The notes beneath the pieces are model-generated. The model was not told the DNA's origin. It did not search any database and saw nothing but the letters and a program-made list of their open reading frames with translations. DNA of 35,840 nucleotides from sequence record DRR378314_1440, one strand, 5' to 3'. The position numbers and the translations under genes were made by a program. Positions 9,134 to 19,343 of this stretch are shown here, one piece after another. Position 1 is the first letter of the stretch; every line of letters begins with the position of its first letter.

Positions 9134-9748
9134 TCACCGTCCCCGGCGGAACAGGTTTCCAATGGTCTGGAACACCAGATCGAAATCGTGGCACATGCTC
9201 TGATGGCGCTGGTAGATCAGGTCCAGTCGCGCCTTGGCCGGCACGCAAATGCGGGAGTAGACGGCATTGGTTTCCTCTGCTGTGGCACAGCGCTCCAGCA
9301 GCATCGCCTCATGTTTGTGATAGGTGATCGACGCCAGGCCGGTAACCCCGGGGCGTGATTTCAGCACGTCTGCATAAATCTCCGGATGGGCTTCCACATA
9401 TTGCCTGAGCGGCGGACGCGGGCCGACAAAGGACAGATCTCCGCGCAGAATATTCCACAGCTGCGGGAATTCATCCAATCGCTTTGAGCGCAGCCAGGCG
9501 CCGGTTCGAGTGACCCGCGCCGCCTTGTCACCGCCGGACACGCCACTGTCTTCGTCCACCACAGTCATGGTGCGGAGCTTCCACAGCATAAACGGTTGCC
9601 CGACTCCATTCATCCGCTCTGCCACGTAAAAGACCGGGCGGCCTTCTTTAACCAGAAGCCAGATCAGAAGGACCAGCAGAACAGGACCGAGGATCACGAT
9701 CAGCAGGGTCACGAAAAAGAGGTCAAAGAGGCGTTTATCCCACGTCAT
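9134..9748 (-). CDS. Monotopic phosphoglycosyl transferase (PglC/bacterial sugar transferase family), undecaprenyl-P priming enzyme
   Basis: KRLFD + one hydrophobic segment, KLRTM, RLDEFPQLWNILRGDLSFVGPRP, RPGVTGLA. Confidence 0.92.
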   Translation of the reverse strand: MTWDKRLFDLFFVTLLIVILGPVLLVLLIWLLVKEGRPVFYVAERMNGVGQPFMLWKLRTMTVVDEDSGVSGGDKAARVTRTGAWLRSKRLDEFPQLWNILRGDLSFVGPRPPLRQYVEAHPEIYADVLKSRPGVTGLASITYHKHEAMLLERCATAEETNAVYSRICVPAKARLDLIYQRHQSMCHDFDLVFQTIGNLFRRGR

Positions 9749-10629
9749 TGGGCGGAGCTGTCCTTCATATGTGGCTCTAAAAGGGCCATTTCAGCAATCA
9801 TGCCCGCCGGATCAGCGGCGGACAAGGTCATCTGTGGCGCCAGAAACGCGCGGAGGCGGGCAACGTCAAGCGCGACCTCTGGAATCGCTGTTTGCGGAGC
9901 AGGACAGCCGACATAGTCCCGACCGGCGGCGTCGAGCAGAGCCCCCATCTGGATCGACCCGGGCTGGGCGATGTTCAGCAGCTCAGGCCGCTCCGGCGCA
10001 GCCAGAACCGCCGCGATGACATCTGCCAGCGTCAGCACGCCGATATAGCTGCGCCGGGGCGTAGATCCGTTGGCAAACTGATCGAGGCTAAACCCCGGAC
10101 GCCAGCCGCCCAGAATGGCGTCAAAGCCTGCGATATTGCCGATCCGGAGACAGGTCACCGCCACCCCCATATCGCGCCCGAGCGCAAGGGCAGCGCGTTC
10201 CATATCCGCCTTTGCCTGGCCGTAGGGGGACATTGGCGCCGGTGTCACATTCTCATCCAGGGGGCCGGGCTGGCTGCCATAAACCGCCGCAGAGGAGGCC
10301 AGGACCACCCGCGCTCTGGTGGCGGCGGCCGCCAGCACACAGGCCTCGGCAAGTTTCAGGTGATCGCGCAGGTTGACGCCGGGCGCCGGCAGCGGCCCGG
10401 CAAGGCACAGGACCTGCCCTGCGTCGCCCACAATCCGCTGCAGCACCGTCGGCTCTGACAGCGGGTCAAAGACATGCCATCCTGCTCCGGCCTGAGGTCG
10501 GCGCGTTTGCCACAGGGCCGCCTCTGCGCCCCAATGATGCCGCAGCGCGCGCCCGATACGCCCACTGGCACCAAGAACAAGCGGAGGAGGTGTGCATCTC
10601 TGCATCATATTGACGTCCGCGTTAGCCAC
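9745..10629 (-). CDS. NAD-dependent epimerase/dehydratase (extended SDR)
   Basis: LVLGASGRIG (GxxGxxG), SSAAVYG, YGQAK (YxxxK), LRIGN. Start may be 10629 (GTG) or ~10605-10608. ATGA overlap with the downstream PGT. Confidence 0.85.
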   Translation of the reverse strand: MANADVNMMQRCTPPPLVLGASGRIGRALRHHWGAEAALWQTRRPQAGAGWHVFDPLSEPTVLQRIVGDAGQVLCLAGPLPAPGVNLRDHLKLAEACVLAAAATRARVVLASSAAVYGSQPGPLDENVTPAPMSPYGQAKADMERAALALGRDMGVAVTCLRIGNIAGFDAILGGWRPGFSLDQFANGSTPRRSYIGVLTLADVIAAVLAAPERPELLNIAQPGSIQMGALLDAAGRDYVGCPAPQTAIPEVALDVARLRAFLAPQMTLSAADPAGMIAEMALLEPHMKDSSAQ

Positions 10630-11953
10630 GCAACGCCAACTTCAGCTTCCGAATTGGCGCGGTCACCCGCCAGGATGTACTGCTCAGAACATCAGAGACA
10701 CGACCTTCAGCGTCCTGCTTTTCTTTGCGGATTTTTTCCACTTCTATGCGCGCTGTTTCCAGCGTCCGCGTCAGAAGTGCGGTTTCCTCAAATCGTGTTG
10801 TTCTTTCCACCTCAAGCTGGCTGGTCGCCATTTCGCTTTCAGCGCGCAGTCGGGTGACATCAGCCTCTCGCTGCGCCCCAACACGTTCAGCCTCTCGCAG
10901 GGCGTCTCTCAGGGCTTCCCGCTCTGCGCGGGCGCCATCAAGCTCTGACTGCAGCGTCTGACATTGAGATTTATAATCTTCAGCTTGCTCTTTCAAAGAC
11001 CGGCATTCTGCCTGCAAACTGCCTATCTCAGCCTCACGATCGTCTGTCTCACAAGACAGGCTTTGTAGTTCAGAGAACTGCTGCGTTCTCTCATCGTAAG
11101 CCTGCCGCAACTGCTCAAGCTCTTCCTGAGCCGAACGTGTTGTCATTTGCGCAGCATCGAAGGCTGTTGTGAGCTTGGTCAACTTGTTCTGCAGAGCTGT
11201 TTGTCCGGCAACGGCGCCAATACCCTGCCCCAAACGATTCAGGAGATGCGTGCGTTTTTCAAAACCTTCCGCATTGCTGGAAACATCCACCAACTCCCGC
11301 AGCTCTGGCGGCCAGCTGCCGCTCTTTGTGACAGCAACCAAACCATCACCAAGAGAGACCTCCAGCAGGTCGTTCCGGTCCGCGATGTTCTTAAGCTGAT
11401 CCGTCCAAAGACGTTTTCCCGCCGCGTCCTGTGACCCGTGCATCAAGAGGACGCCGTGATCCGTCAGGCACTCAAGCCAACGGGCGCAATCTGGCGTATC
11501 CTCATTCCCCAAGTTCAGCAGGTCGATGTAAACCAGATCCGCCCGGCGCGTCGCAATCTGGGCAAACGCCTCCCCTGCATCACCACAGACGTGAAACCGC
11601 ACCATATCATCATACAGCATCATCGCATGATCTTTCAGTCGCGCGGGAGGCTGAACCCGGGGGCGGTCCTGATCCGGTTGACGCCACATGCCAAACGCAT
11701 GGCACGTCGAGGAGATGTTGAGCTTGTCCAGAGCTTGACTGATCGCGAATGTCGCCACTCCGTCGTGGTCCCCACAGATCGCAACCTGCTGCGGGCGGAG
11801 CGCGCTCACCATCCAGAACAGAAAGGGGGTATGCATGATCGCAGGTACATTTGCGACAAAGCGTGGCTTCCAGCACAACGCATTCAGCGCGTCAGATGTC
11901 AGAACCTTTTCCTGTTGGAAATGCATCGGCTGTGGTTGGTCAGTGTCCATCAT
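10622..11953 (-). CDS. Degenerate class I methyltransferase-like domain + long coiled coil + SxSWRxTxP tail (WbdD/WsaE-like architecture)
   Basis: HTPFLFWMVSALRP...DGVATFAISQA resembles the Methyltransf_24-type N-terminus. About 170 aa are E/Q/R/A-rich heptad sequence. C-terminus is VLSSTSWRVTAPIRKL. Confidence 0.65.
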   Translation of the reverse strand: MMDTDQPQPMHFQQEKVLTSDALNALCWKPRFVANVPAIMHTPFLFWMVSALRPQQVAICGDHDGVATFAISQALDKLNISSTCHAFGMWRQPDQDRPRVQPPARLKDHAMMLYDDMVRFHVCGDAGEAFAQIATRRADLVYIDLLNLGNEDTPDCARWLECLTDHGVLLMHGSQDAAGKRLWTDQLKNIADRNDLLEVSLGDGLVAVTKSGSWPPELRELVDVSSNAEGFEKRTHLLNRLGQGIGAVAGQTALQNKLTKLTTAFDAAQMTTRSAQEELEQLRQAYDERTQQFSELQSLSCETDDREAEIGSLQAECRSLKEQAEDYKSQCQTLQSELDGARAEREALRDALREAERVGAQREADVTRLRAESEMATSQLEVERTTRFEETALLTRTLETARIEVEKIRKEKQDAEGRVSDVLSSTSWRVTAPIRKLKLALRG

Positions 11954-12485
11954 GAGTGTCCCCAAGAGTCATTCTTTTATCATTCTAAAATTATCAACGG
12001 TTACAGATTTTCCGTCTGCACCCGGGTTCAAGAGGCGTCCAGGCAGGCTTGGGTTTTGCAATCTCGCAAGCCCGCGACACATGTAATGCTTGATCGGTTC
12101 ACAGCTCACAGTCATTACAGTCGTGTACATTTCACGATGGAAACGCGCAGCGAACCAGCCGCCAGCTCCTCGTCTCCACACGACATCGTCTTGAACTTCA
12201 CCGGCGACCATTACGCCCATCGTATCAGCGGCCCCACCTTGTCCCCCCGCGTGAGACACACCCAGCATGTCCAAACTCAGATCGTTGGTCAGCCTTGTGC
12301 CAACTCTCCCTGAAACTGGCAAGGATGGATTGCGAGCGCGCAACCGGCTCTGACACTCAGCCCGCAGCGAACGATCAAACGCTGAAACCAAGTCTGGTCA
12401 GCACCGCTGGCGCCAGTGTATCAAATTGACATTTACGGCTGCGCTGTGAAATAACGCAGCAAACATCTGGCCATGGGGCAAATTT

Positions 12486-13775
12486 ATGAGTTTCTCTCTT
12501 ACAATCAAAGACATACGGGTTGCGGTTATTGGCCTGGGCTACGTTGGTCTTCCTCTGGCTGTCGAACTGGGTCGAAAATACCCGACGGTTGGCTTCGACG
12601 TTAAAGAGAACCGCATCGCGGAGTTGCGCAGCGGTCAGGACACAACCGGGGAAGTTGACGCTGAAACGCTGATGGCCCCATCTCAGCTGAGCTTTTCCAG
12701 CGATCTGGACGATATCAAGACCTGCAACGTCTTCATCATCGCCGTGCCCACCCCGATCGATGCATCCCGGCGTCCGAACCTCGCGCCCCTGATTTCGGCC
12801 TCCCGCACGGTCGGCGCCGCCATCAGCAAGGGCGACGTGGTCATCTATGAATCGACGGTATACCCCGGTGCCACCGAGGAAGACTGCCTGCCCGTGGTGG
12901 AAGACGTCTCCGGCCTGACATTCAATACGGATTTCTTCGCAGGCTACAGCCCGGAGCGGATCAACCCGGGCGACAAGGAACGCCCGCTCACCAAGATTAT
13001 GAAAGTCACCTCGGGCTCGACCCCGGACGTCGCGGATTTCGTCGATGCCTTTTATGCCAGCATCATCGAGGCCGGCACGTTCAAGGCCGCTTCCATTCGC
13101 GTCGCGGAAGCCGCAAAAGTCATCGAGAACACCCAGCGCGATGTGAACATTGCCCTGGTCAATGAATTGTCCATCGTTTTCTCTCATCTGGGCATCGACA
13201 CAAACGATGTCATTGATGCGGCGGCCACCAAATGGAACTTCATCCGCCTGCGCCCCGGCCTGGTGGGGGGGCATTGCATCGGCGTGGACCCGTATTACCT
13301 GGTGCACAAGGCAACCTCTGCCGGGCACATCCCGGACATCATCCGCACCGCCCGCGAGATCAACGACGGCATGGCGCGAAATGCGGTCACCCGCCTGGTC
13401 AAGTCGATGATCACAAATGACCTGAAGGTCAAAGGCGCAAAAGTCCTGGTGGCAGGCTTCACTTTCAAGGAAAACTGCCCGGACACCCGAAACACCAAAG
13501 TGATCGACCTGGTCGAGCACCTCAAGAGCTACGGTATGGTCCCGACGATCATCGACACTTGGGCGGACCCCAATGAAGTCGCGGAAGAATACGGCCTGGA
13601 AATCGGCACCGAACTCCCGACAGACGGGCAGTTCGATGCGGTTGTGCTGACCGTGTCCCACGAAGACATCATTGCCGATGGCCCCGCCCCTCTGAAACGC
13701 CTCGTCGGCCCGCAGGGTGTTTTCTTCGACATGAAAGCCGCATTTGCCGCAGAGGACAGCGACCTGAGGCTCTAG
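12486..13775 (+). CDS. tviB: UDP-N-acetylhexosamine 6-dehydrogenase (TviB/WbpO-like nucleotide-sugar dehydrogenase)
   Basis: VIGLGYVGLPLA, IAVPTP, YESTVYPGATEE, GYSPERINPGD, AEAAKVIENTQRDVNIAL, PGLVGGHCIGVDPYYL, FKENCPDTRN. Confidence 0.93.
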   Translation: MSFSLTIKDIRVAVIGLGYVGLPLAVELGRKYPTVGFDVKENRIAELRSGQDTTGEVDAETLMAPSQLSFSSDLDDIKTCNVFIIAVPTPIDASRRPNLAPLISASRTVGAAISKGDVVIYESTVYPGATEEDCLPVVEDVSGLTFNTDFFAGYSPERINPGDKERPLTKIMKVTSGSTPDVADFVDAFYASIIEAGTFKAASIRVAEAAKVIENTQRDVNIALVNELSIVFSHLGIDTNDVIDAAATKWNFIRLRPGLVGGHCIGVDPYYLVHKATSAGHIPDIIRTAREINDGMARNAVTRLVKSMITNDLKVKGAKVLVAGFTFKENCPDTRNTKVIDLVEHLKSYGMVPTIIDTWADPNEVAEEYGLEIGTELPTDGQFDAVVLTVSHEDIIADGPAPLKRLVGPQGVFFDMKAAFAAEDSDLRL

Positions 13776-13778
13776 ACC

Positions 13779-15161
13779 ATGCAGCCGATTTCAGACGAGG
13801 ATCTGGCAATCGTTCAACGCTCTGGACTGTTTGATCCAGACTGGTATCGCGTGACATATCCGGACGTTGCCGCCTCAGGCCTGACCTCGGAGCATCACTA
13901 TCTGCGCTATGGTTTCAGGCTCGGACGCAATCCGGGCCCGACCTTCTCAAGCCGCTATTATCGACATGCCTTTGCATCGATCATAAAGGATCAGGAGCCC
14001 ATCAGCGCCCTGGCGCGTCGGCAGCAGCAAGCGGGCAGCGTCCCGCTGCCGGACAAGGGGCGCGTGCTCCTTGCAGCCCATCAGAGTTTTCTGAGCGGCG
14101 AGCATGATCTGGCACTGAACCTGGCAGGCCGGCATCTTGAGGCGGAACACAGGCATACGCTGCATATACTGCAGGCAAACGCAGCCACGCTCTCCGCAAA
14201 CCGAACAGGCTGGGCAGATGCCGTCAGCAGCTATCTTCGGCATTTTGGAATGGATCCCATTTCCGCGCCCGACAACGCTCTCAGTCTCTTTGAGGCTCTG
14301 GAGCCCGTCTCGACACCAGACCCGGTGCATGATGGCCCCCGCATCTCCGTAATCATGCCGGTCAGGAATGCCGCCCTGAGCCTCGAAAAGGCGGTACGCT
14401 CCATTCTGGCCCAAAGCTGGCAGAACCTCGAACTGATCGCTGTGGATGACAACAGCGAAGACGACAGCTGGCGCATTCTGCAGGCGCTCACCGAGGAGGA
14501 TCCCCGGCTGAAGCTGCATCACCTTCCAGTCAATGCCGGCCCTTATGTTGCGCGCAATATCGCGCTCGGCGTCGTGACCGGGGACTGGATCACCTGTCAC
14601 GATGCGGATGATTGGGCCCATCCCCAGCGGCTGGCGAAACATATGGCAGCCGTACAGGCCGAGCACACATCGCCCTGCGTCAGCCTGACCTATATGGCCC
14701 GCATGCGCTTGAACGGGTTTTTCGACACGATTGTGAACGCCAACCCCTTCTCTCCGGATGGGGTCACCCGGCTGTCCTCTGTCTCGGCGTTGTATCGCGC
14801 GGATTTCCTGAAGGAGAAATTGGGATACTGGGACACGGTCCGGGTGGGAGCCGACAGTGAAATGATCGCCCGCGCCGAGCATGTGAGTGGATCAGAAGCG
14901 CTGACGTTCCCCCAGATCGGTATGCTCTGCCTCTCGACAGAGCAGGGGCTGACGCGCCATCCCGTGTTGGGGGTCCGTCCCAAAGGGCATCTCTCCGAGA
15001 TACGCGCCGCCTACAAGGATTGCTGGTCAGCGGCACATTCACGCCGCACACCGGAGCAGCTTTACCTGCCTTTCCCGCAGCACACCCGGCGGTATCAGGG
15101 CGATTTTGGCTTCGAAATCCCGTATGAGATTGTCGTGAAGGCCCATCAGGCTCACGTCTGA
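13779..15161 (+). CDS. Glycosyltransferase family 2 with N-terminal FDxxWY module
   Basis: SGLFDPDWYRVTYPDV...HYLRYG at the N-terminus. GT2 motifs ISVIMPVRNA, VDDNSED, NAGPYVARN, CHDADDWAHPQRL, GADSE. Confidence 0.88.
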   Translation: MQPISDEDLAIVQRSGLFDPDWYRVTYPDVAASGLTSEHHYLRYGFRLGRNPGPTFSSRYYRHAFASIIKDQEPISALARRQQQAGSVPLPDKGRVLLAAHQSFLSGEHDLALNLAGRHLEAEHRHTLHILQANAATLSANRTGWADAVSSYLRHFGMDPISAPDNALSLFEALEPVSTPDPVHDGPRISVIMPVRNAALSLEKAVRSILAQSWQNLELIAVDDNSEDDSWRILQALTEEDPRLKLHHLPVNAGPYVARNIALGVVTGDWITCHDADDWAHPQRLAKHMAAVQAEHTSPCVSLTYMARMRLNGFFDTIVNANPFSPDGVTRLSSVSALYRADFLKEKLGYWDTVRVGADSEMIARAEHVSGSEALTFPQIGMLCLSTEQGLTRHPVLGVRPKGHLSEIRAAYKDCWSAAHSRRTPEQLYLPFPQHTRRYQGDFGFEIPYEIVVKAHQAHV

Positions 15162-15163
15162 GC

Positions 15164-15180
15164 CCCAAGGCGTCCTTGGG
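15164..15180. terminator. Short hairpin between convergent GT genes
   Basis: CCCAAGG-cgt-CCTTGGG (7-bp stem) just after the 15161 stop. No U-tract. Confidence 0.3.
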
Positions 15181-15214
15181 CCCTCACGGAGCCGCCGCAC
15201 GCGCAAGCGCAGCC

Positions 15215-16366
15215 TTATTTGTCCACGTCATGATGCGCATCATGCAAAATTTCATATTGCATGATGTTCCTCATCGCCACCGCCGCGTTGCTGCCCGCGC
15301 TGAGCTGCTGCAGAAGATCGTCTTTCAGCTCGCGCAGTTCTTGCCGTAGCCGATCCATATCCCGCCGATTGAAATCGGCCAGAAAATACTCCAGCGCTGC
15401 GCCCCATCCTCGCTCAAGCAGCATCATGGCATACAGGCTTGCCTGTGTTCCCATAAACGCATCCAGTTCAGCAGAGATCGCCTCTGCTGGTTCGGCTGCT
15501 GCAAGCACCTCAGCTGCGCGCCGAAAGTAATAGGGGGCCGCCTGCGGCTGAAGCCTCTGCAAATGCCAGTTCATATTCGACAACAGCCAGTTGACTGCCT
15601 GCCGATGAAACGAGACGGCCATATCGGGTTGCAGATATCCCAAGATGGTCTCGAAATGATCGAGAAACGCGATCAGCTCGATCCCGGTGCTTGCCATTGT
15701 CTGACCCGGACGGTTGGTCCGATGATAACACAGTGTCGCATCAAAGAACGTGATCTGCCGGGTCTTGAGGCACACCTGCCAGTGGAACGGGTTGTCTTCA
15801 AAAAAGAAATCCCCCTCCGGAAAGCGCAGCCCGTTGGCGTTCAGAAACGCCCGCCGGTAGAATTTGCGCCAGGGCACGGCAATGAATGCCAAGGCCTGCA
15901 GTTGCAGTGCCTCCCCCTGCGCCTGCCCGGTGATATGGCACCAGCGCCCCTCATCCGCCGGCGCCTTGAAAACGGCGTTTGCCTCGTCGAACTCTTGATA
16001 GTTGGCAATGAGGATATCGCAGTCCCCGCGTTCGAATGCAGCCCGGGCCGCATTGAAGCCATCAACATCCAGCCAGTCATCGCCATCCACAAAAAACACA
16101 CCGTCACGCGCAGCCATATCCAGTCCGATATTGCCGGCGATCCCCACGCCTCCCATGGTGTTCTGCCCCAGAAAGACCGGGCGTTTCTCGACCCCCTGCG
16201 GCGCATCCGCCAGACAGGCTTTGACAACAGCTGGCGTGTCATCGCTGGAGCCATCGTCGACAACGATGATTTCATCCCCAGGGCGCGCCACCTCCAGCAC
16301 GCTGCGCAAACAGCGGTCGATATATGTCTCGATATTATAAGAGGTTACGATAAATGAGATTTTCAT
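15215..16366 (-). CDS. Glycosyltransferase family 2
   Basis: ISFIVTSYN, VVDDGSSD, FVDGDDWL, PWRKFYRR, FFEDNPF. Confidence 0.9.
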   Translation of the reverse strand: MKISFIVTSYNIETYIDRCLRSVLEVARPGDEIIVVDDGSSDDTPAVVKACLADAPQGVEKRPVFLGQNTMGGVGIAGNIGLDMAARDGVFFVDGDDWLDVDGFNAARAAFERGDCDILIANYQEFDEANAVFKAPADEGRWCHITGQAQGEALQLQALAFIAVPWRKFYRRAFLNANGLRFPEGDFFFEDNPFHWQVCLKTRQITFFDATLCYHRTNRPGQTMASTGIELIAFLDHFETILGYLQPDMAVSFHRQAVNWLLSNMNWHLQRLQPQAAPYYFRRAAEVLAAAEPAEAISAELDAFMGTQASLYAMMLLERGWGAALEYFLADFNRRDMDRLRQELRELKDDLLQQLSAGSNAAVAMRNIMQYEILHDAHHDVDK

Positions 16367-17337
16367 GCCTCACCCTCTTCAAGAAAATCGAGCAAAGCCG
16401 TACTCAGATGCGGATCATTCAATGCCAGCCGCTTGAACACACCAGGCGACAGCCGATCAAGCACAAAGGCCCTGCGCAGGATATGGAACTCCTGCAGACG
16501 CTCCTGCGTCAGGTTGTTTGGAATCCAGCGCATCAGCTTGTTCACAAAACGCCAATACGACAATTGCATCCTGATCGTGATTTCAGCGCCTTCGATCCGC
16601 TTTGACACATTGTCCAACGCCTCGAACACACGCAGGCGCTCTGCCCCTTTGCGATTGGTGATCCGATTGCCATGATCCGCCACAAAATGGGTAATCCCGG
16701 TGTGATGCGAATACAGGACCCGTCGCGCCAGCAGAAAGCTCACCCAATGCAATTCAATGTCATTATGAACCGGGATTTCCGTGCACAGGATCTCATGCTC
16801 TTTCAGGAAACCGGTGCGATACAGCTTGTTCCAAGGGTAGGCACTGACGGCGGCCATCTCGCATTTCTGGTGTTCGCTCATGACTTGGGGGACATCCAGG
16901 CGTGGCAGCTGGTCCCAGCTGCGTTCGTCCACCGGCAGCCCCGACTTGCGTCCCAGATGCAGCTCACGGCTGTCCAGGTGGCGGAACATCGCAAAGTCAA
17001 AAGGCTCCGGCGTCGCCACAAAAGCCTCCAGAACAGCCCCATACTCCGAGGTCGGAAGATCATCTGAATCCAGAAAAATAACATAGGGCTGCGTGACCGC
17101 ATTCAGGCCAGTATTGCGTGCCGCCCCCCCCCCCCGGTTCTCCGCATGCCGCAGGATCTGCAGGCTCTGCCCTGCGGCTTCGGATCGGGCCCGACGCAGC
17201 TGTGTCTCCAGCGGCGTCTGCGAGCAGTCATCGACGACAATCACCTCTGACACCACGGCCACATCCGCAAGCGTCTCGAGCACGGCCTGCACACCCTCGG
17301 CATCATTCCAGGCAGGGATAACAACAGATACGGTCAT
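16363..17337 (-). CDS. Glycosyltransferase family 2 containing an in-frame poly-G tract
   Basis: VSVVIPAWN, VVDDCS, NRGGGAARNTG, FLDSDD, PWNKLYR. ATGA overlaps with both neighbours. Confidence 0.9.
   Translation of the reverse strand: MTVSVVIPAWNDAEGVQAVLETLADVAVVSEVIVVDDCSQTPLETQLRRARSEAAGQSLQILRHAENRGGGAARNTGLNAVTQPYVIFLDSDDLPTSEYGAVLEAFVATPEPFDFAMFRHLDSRELHLGRKSGLPVDERSWDQLPRLDVPQVMSEHQKCEMAAVSAYPWNKLYRTGFLKEHEILCTEIPVHNDIELHWVSFLLARRVLYSHHTGITHFVADHGNRITNRKGAERLRVFEALDNVSKRIEGAEITIRMQLSYWRFVNKLMRWIPNNLTQERLQEFHILRRAFVLDRLSPGVFKRLALNDPHLSTALLDFLEEGEA
17124..17135 (-). repeat. G12 homopolymer (C12 on + strand) inside GT2 coding sequence
   Basis: + strand reads ccg-cccccccccccc-ggttc. The coding strand reads CGG GGG GGG GGG GCG. 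Confidence 0.95.
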
Positions 17338-17933
17338 GCTACGAAGAACCGCACTTGGGTTAAGCTCAGGTCGATGTCCTGAGACGGGAAGAAGACAATC
17401 AAGTCACGCCATTCTGCTGTCAGGTGGATGCCTTCTGACTGATCCAGCAGACAGAAATCCGCATGATGCCCCGGCGCGGTGGTGCTGATCAGATGCTTGT
17501 CGAAGAAGAAATCCCGGAACTTTCCATGCTGCCCGCTTCGCAGACACACCCGGGAAACGGCCGCAGATTGATGCGACTGCGACTTGATCATCACCCCAAC
17601 CAGACTCGCATCTTTCAGATCCAGCGCCCCCAGCACAAAATGCAGCGCCGTCCAACGGTTCTCCGAATGTGCCGTCGCGCGTAGGCGCAGCACATCGCCC
17701 ACGGGGCTGAGCACCGTAGTTTCCCGTGGGTTTAAAGGGTCCTGATCCATGCGTATGCCCGGCGACAGATCCACCCCAACAGGTACGGGCTCCGTGATCG
17801 AAAGCGCGCGCAATGCATCAATTCGCTTATTCACATCCCCCTGCCCGGCCACCAGGGATCTGACCATCGGCACCCGGTCAAGGGTTGGCCCCAGAATGCG
17901 CTTTGCAGCCTGTTTGGCGCGAGAGGTCACCAT
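17334..17933 (-). CDS. Hypothetical protein (~199 aa), predicted beta-rich
   Basis: ATG at 17933 preceded by GGAAGGA. Translationally coupled (ATGA) to the downstream GT2. Alternating hydrophobic strand-like segments. Confidence 0.7.
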   Translation of the reverse strand: MVTSRAKQAAKRILGPTLDRVPMVRSLVAGQGDVNKRIDALRALSITEPVPVGVDLSPGIRMDQDPLNPRETTVLSPVGDVLRLRATAHSENRWTALHFVLGALDLKDASLVGVMIKSQSHQSAAVSRVCLRSGQHGKFRDFFFDKHLISTTAPGHHADFCLLDQSEGIHLTAEWRDLIVFFPSQDIDLSLTQVRFFVA

Positions 17934-18030
17934 TTTGAAATCCTTCCACACAGATCGGCAAGGCCTCTGCGCCCCGCCAGCCGGCGCTCTATTAGACAGA
18001 AATGGCGTGTGCCACCAATCGCGATCACCC

Positions 18031-19218
<1,188 letters not shown>

Positions 19219-19343
19219 TCAAAATCACGCGCACCCTAAAGGGCGCCTCCGCCAGCGGCAAGCAGGCCCTGTCGCACTATCGGCTTTTTCCTCCCTGCCC
19301 CATTGGATATACGCGTATCCAGCAACCAGTCAGTCGGCCGCGC

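Noticed and set aside
11969-12391. 140-aa minus-strand ORF in the intergenic gap
   Set aside because: No SD, no recognisable motif and atypical composition. Treated as non-coding.
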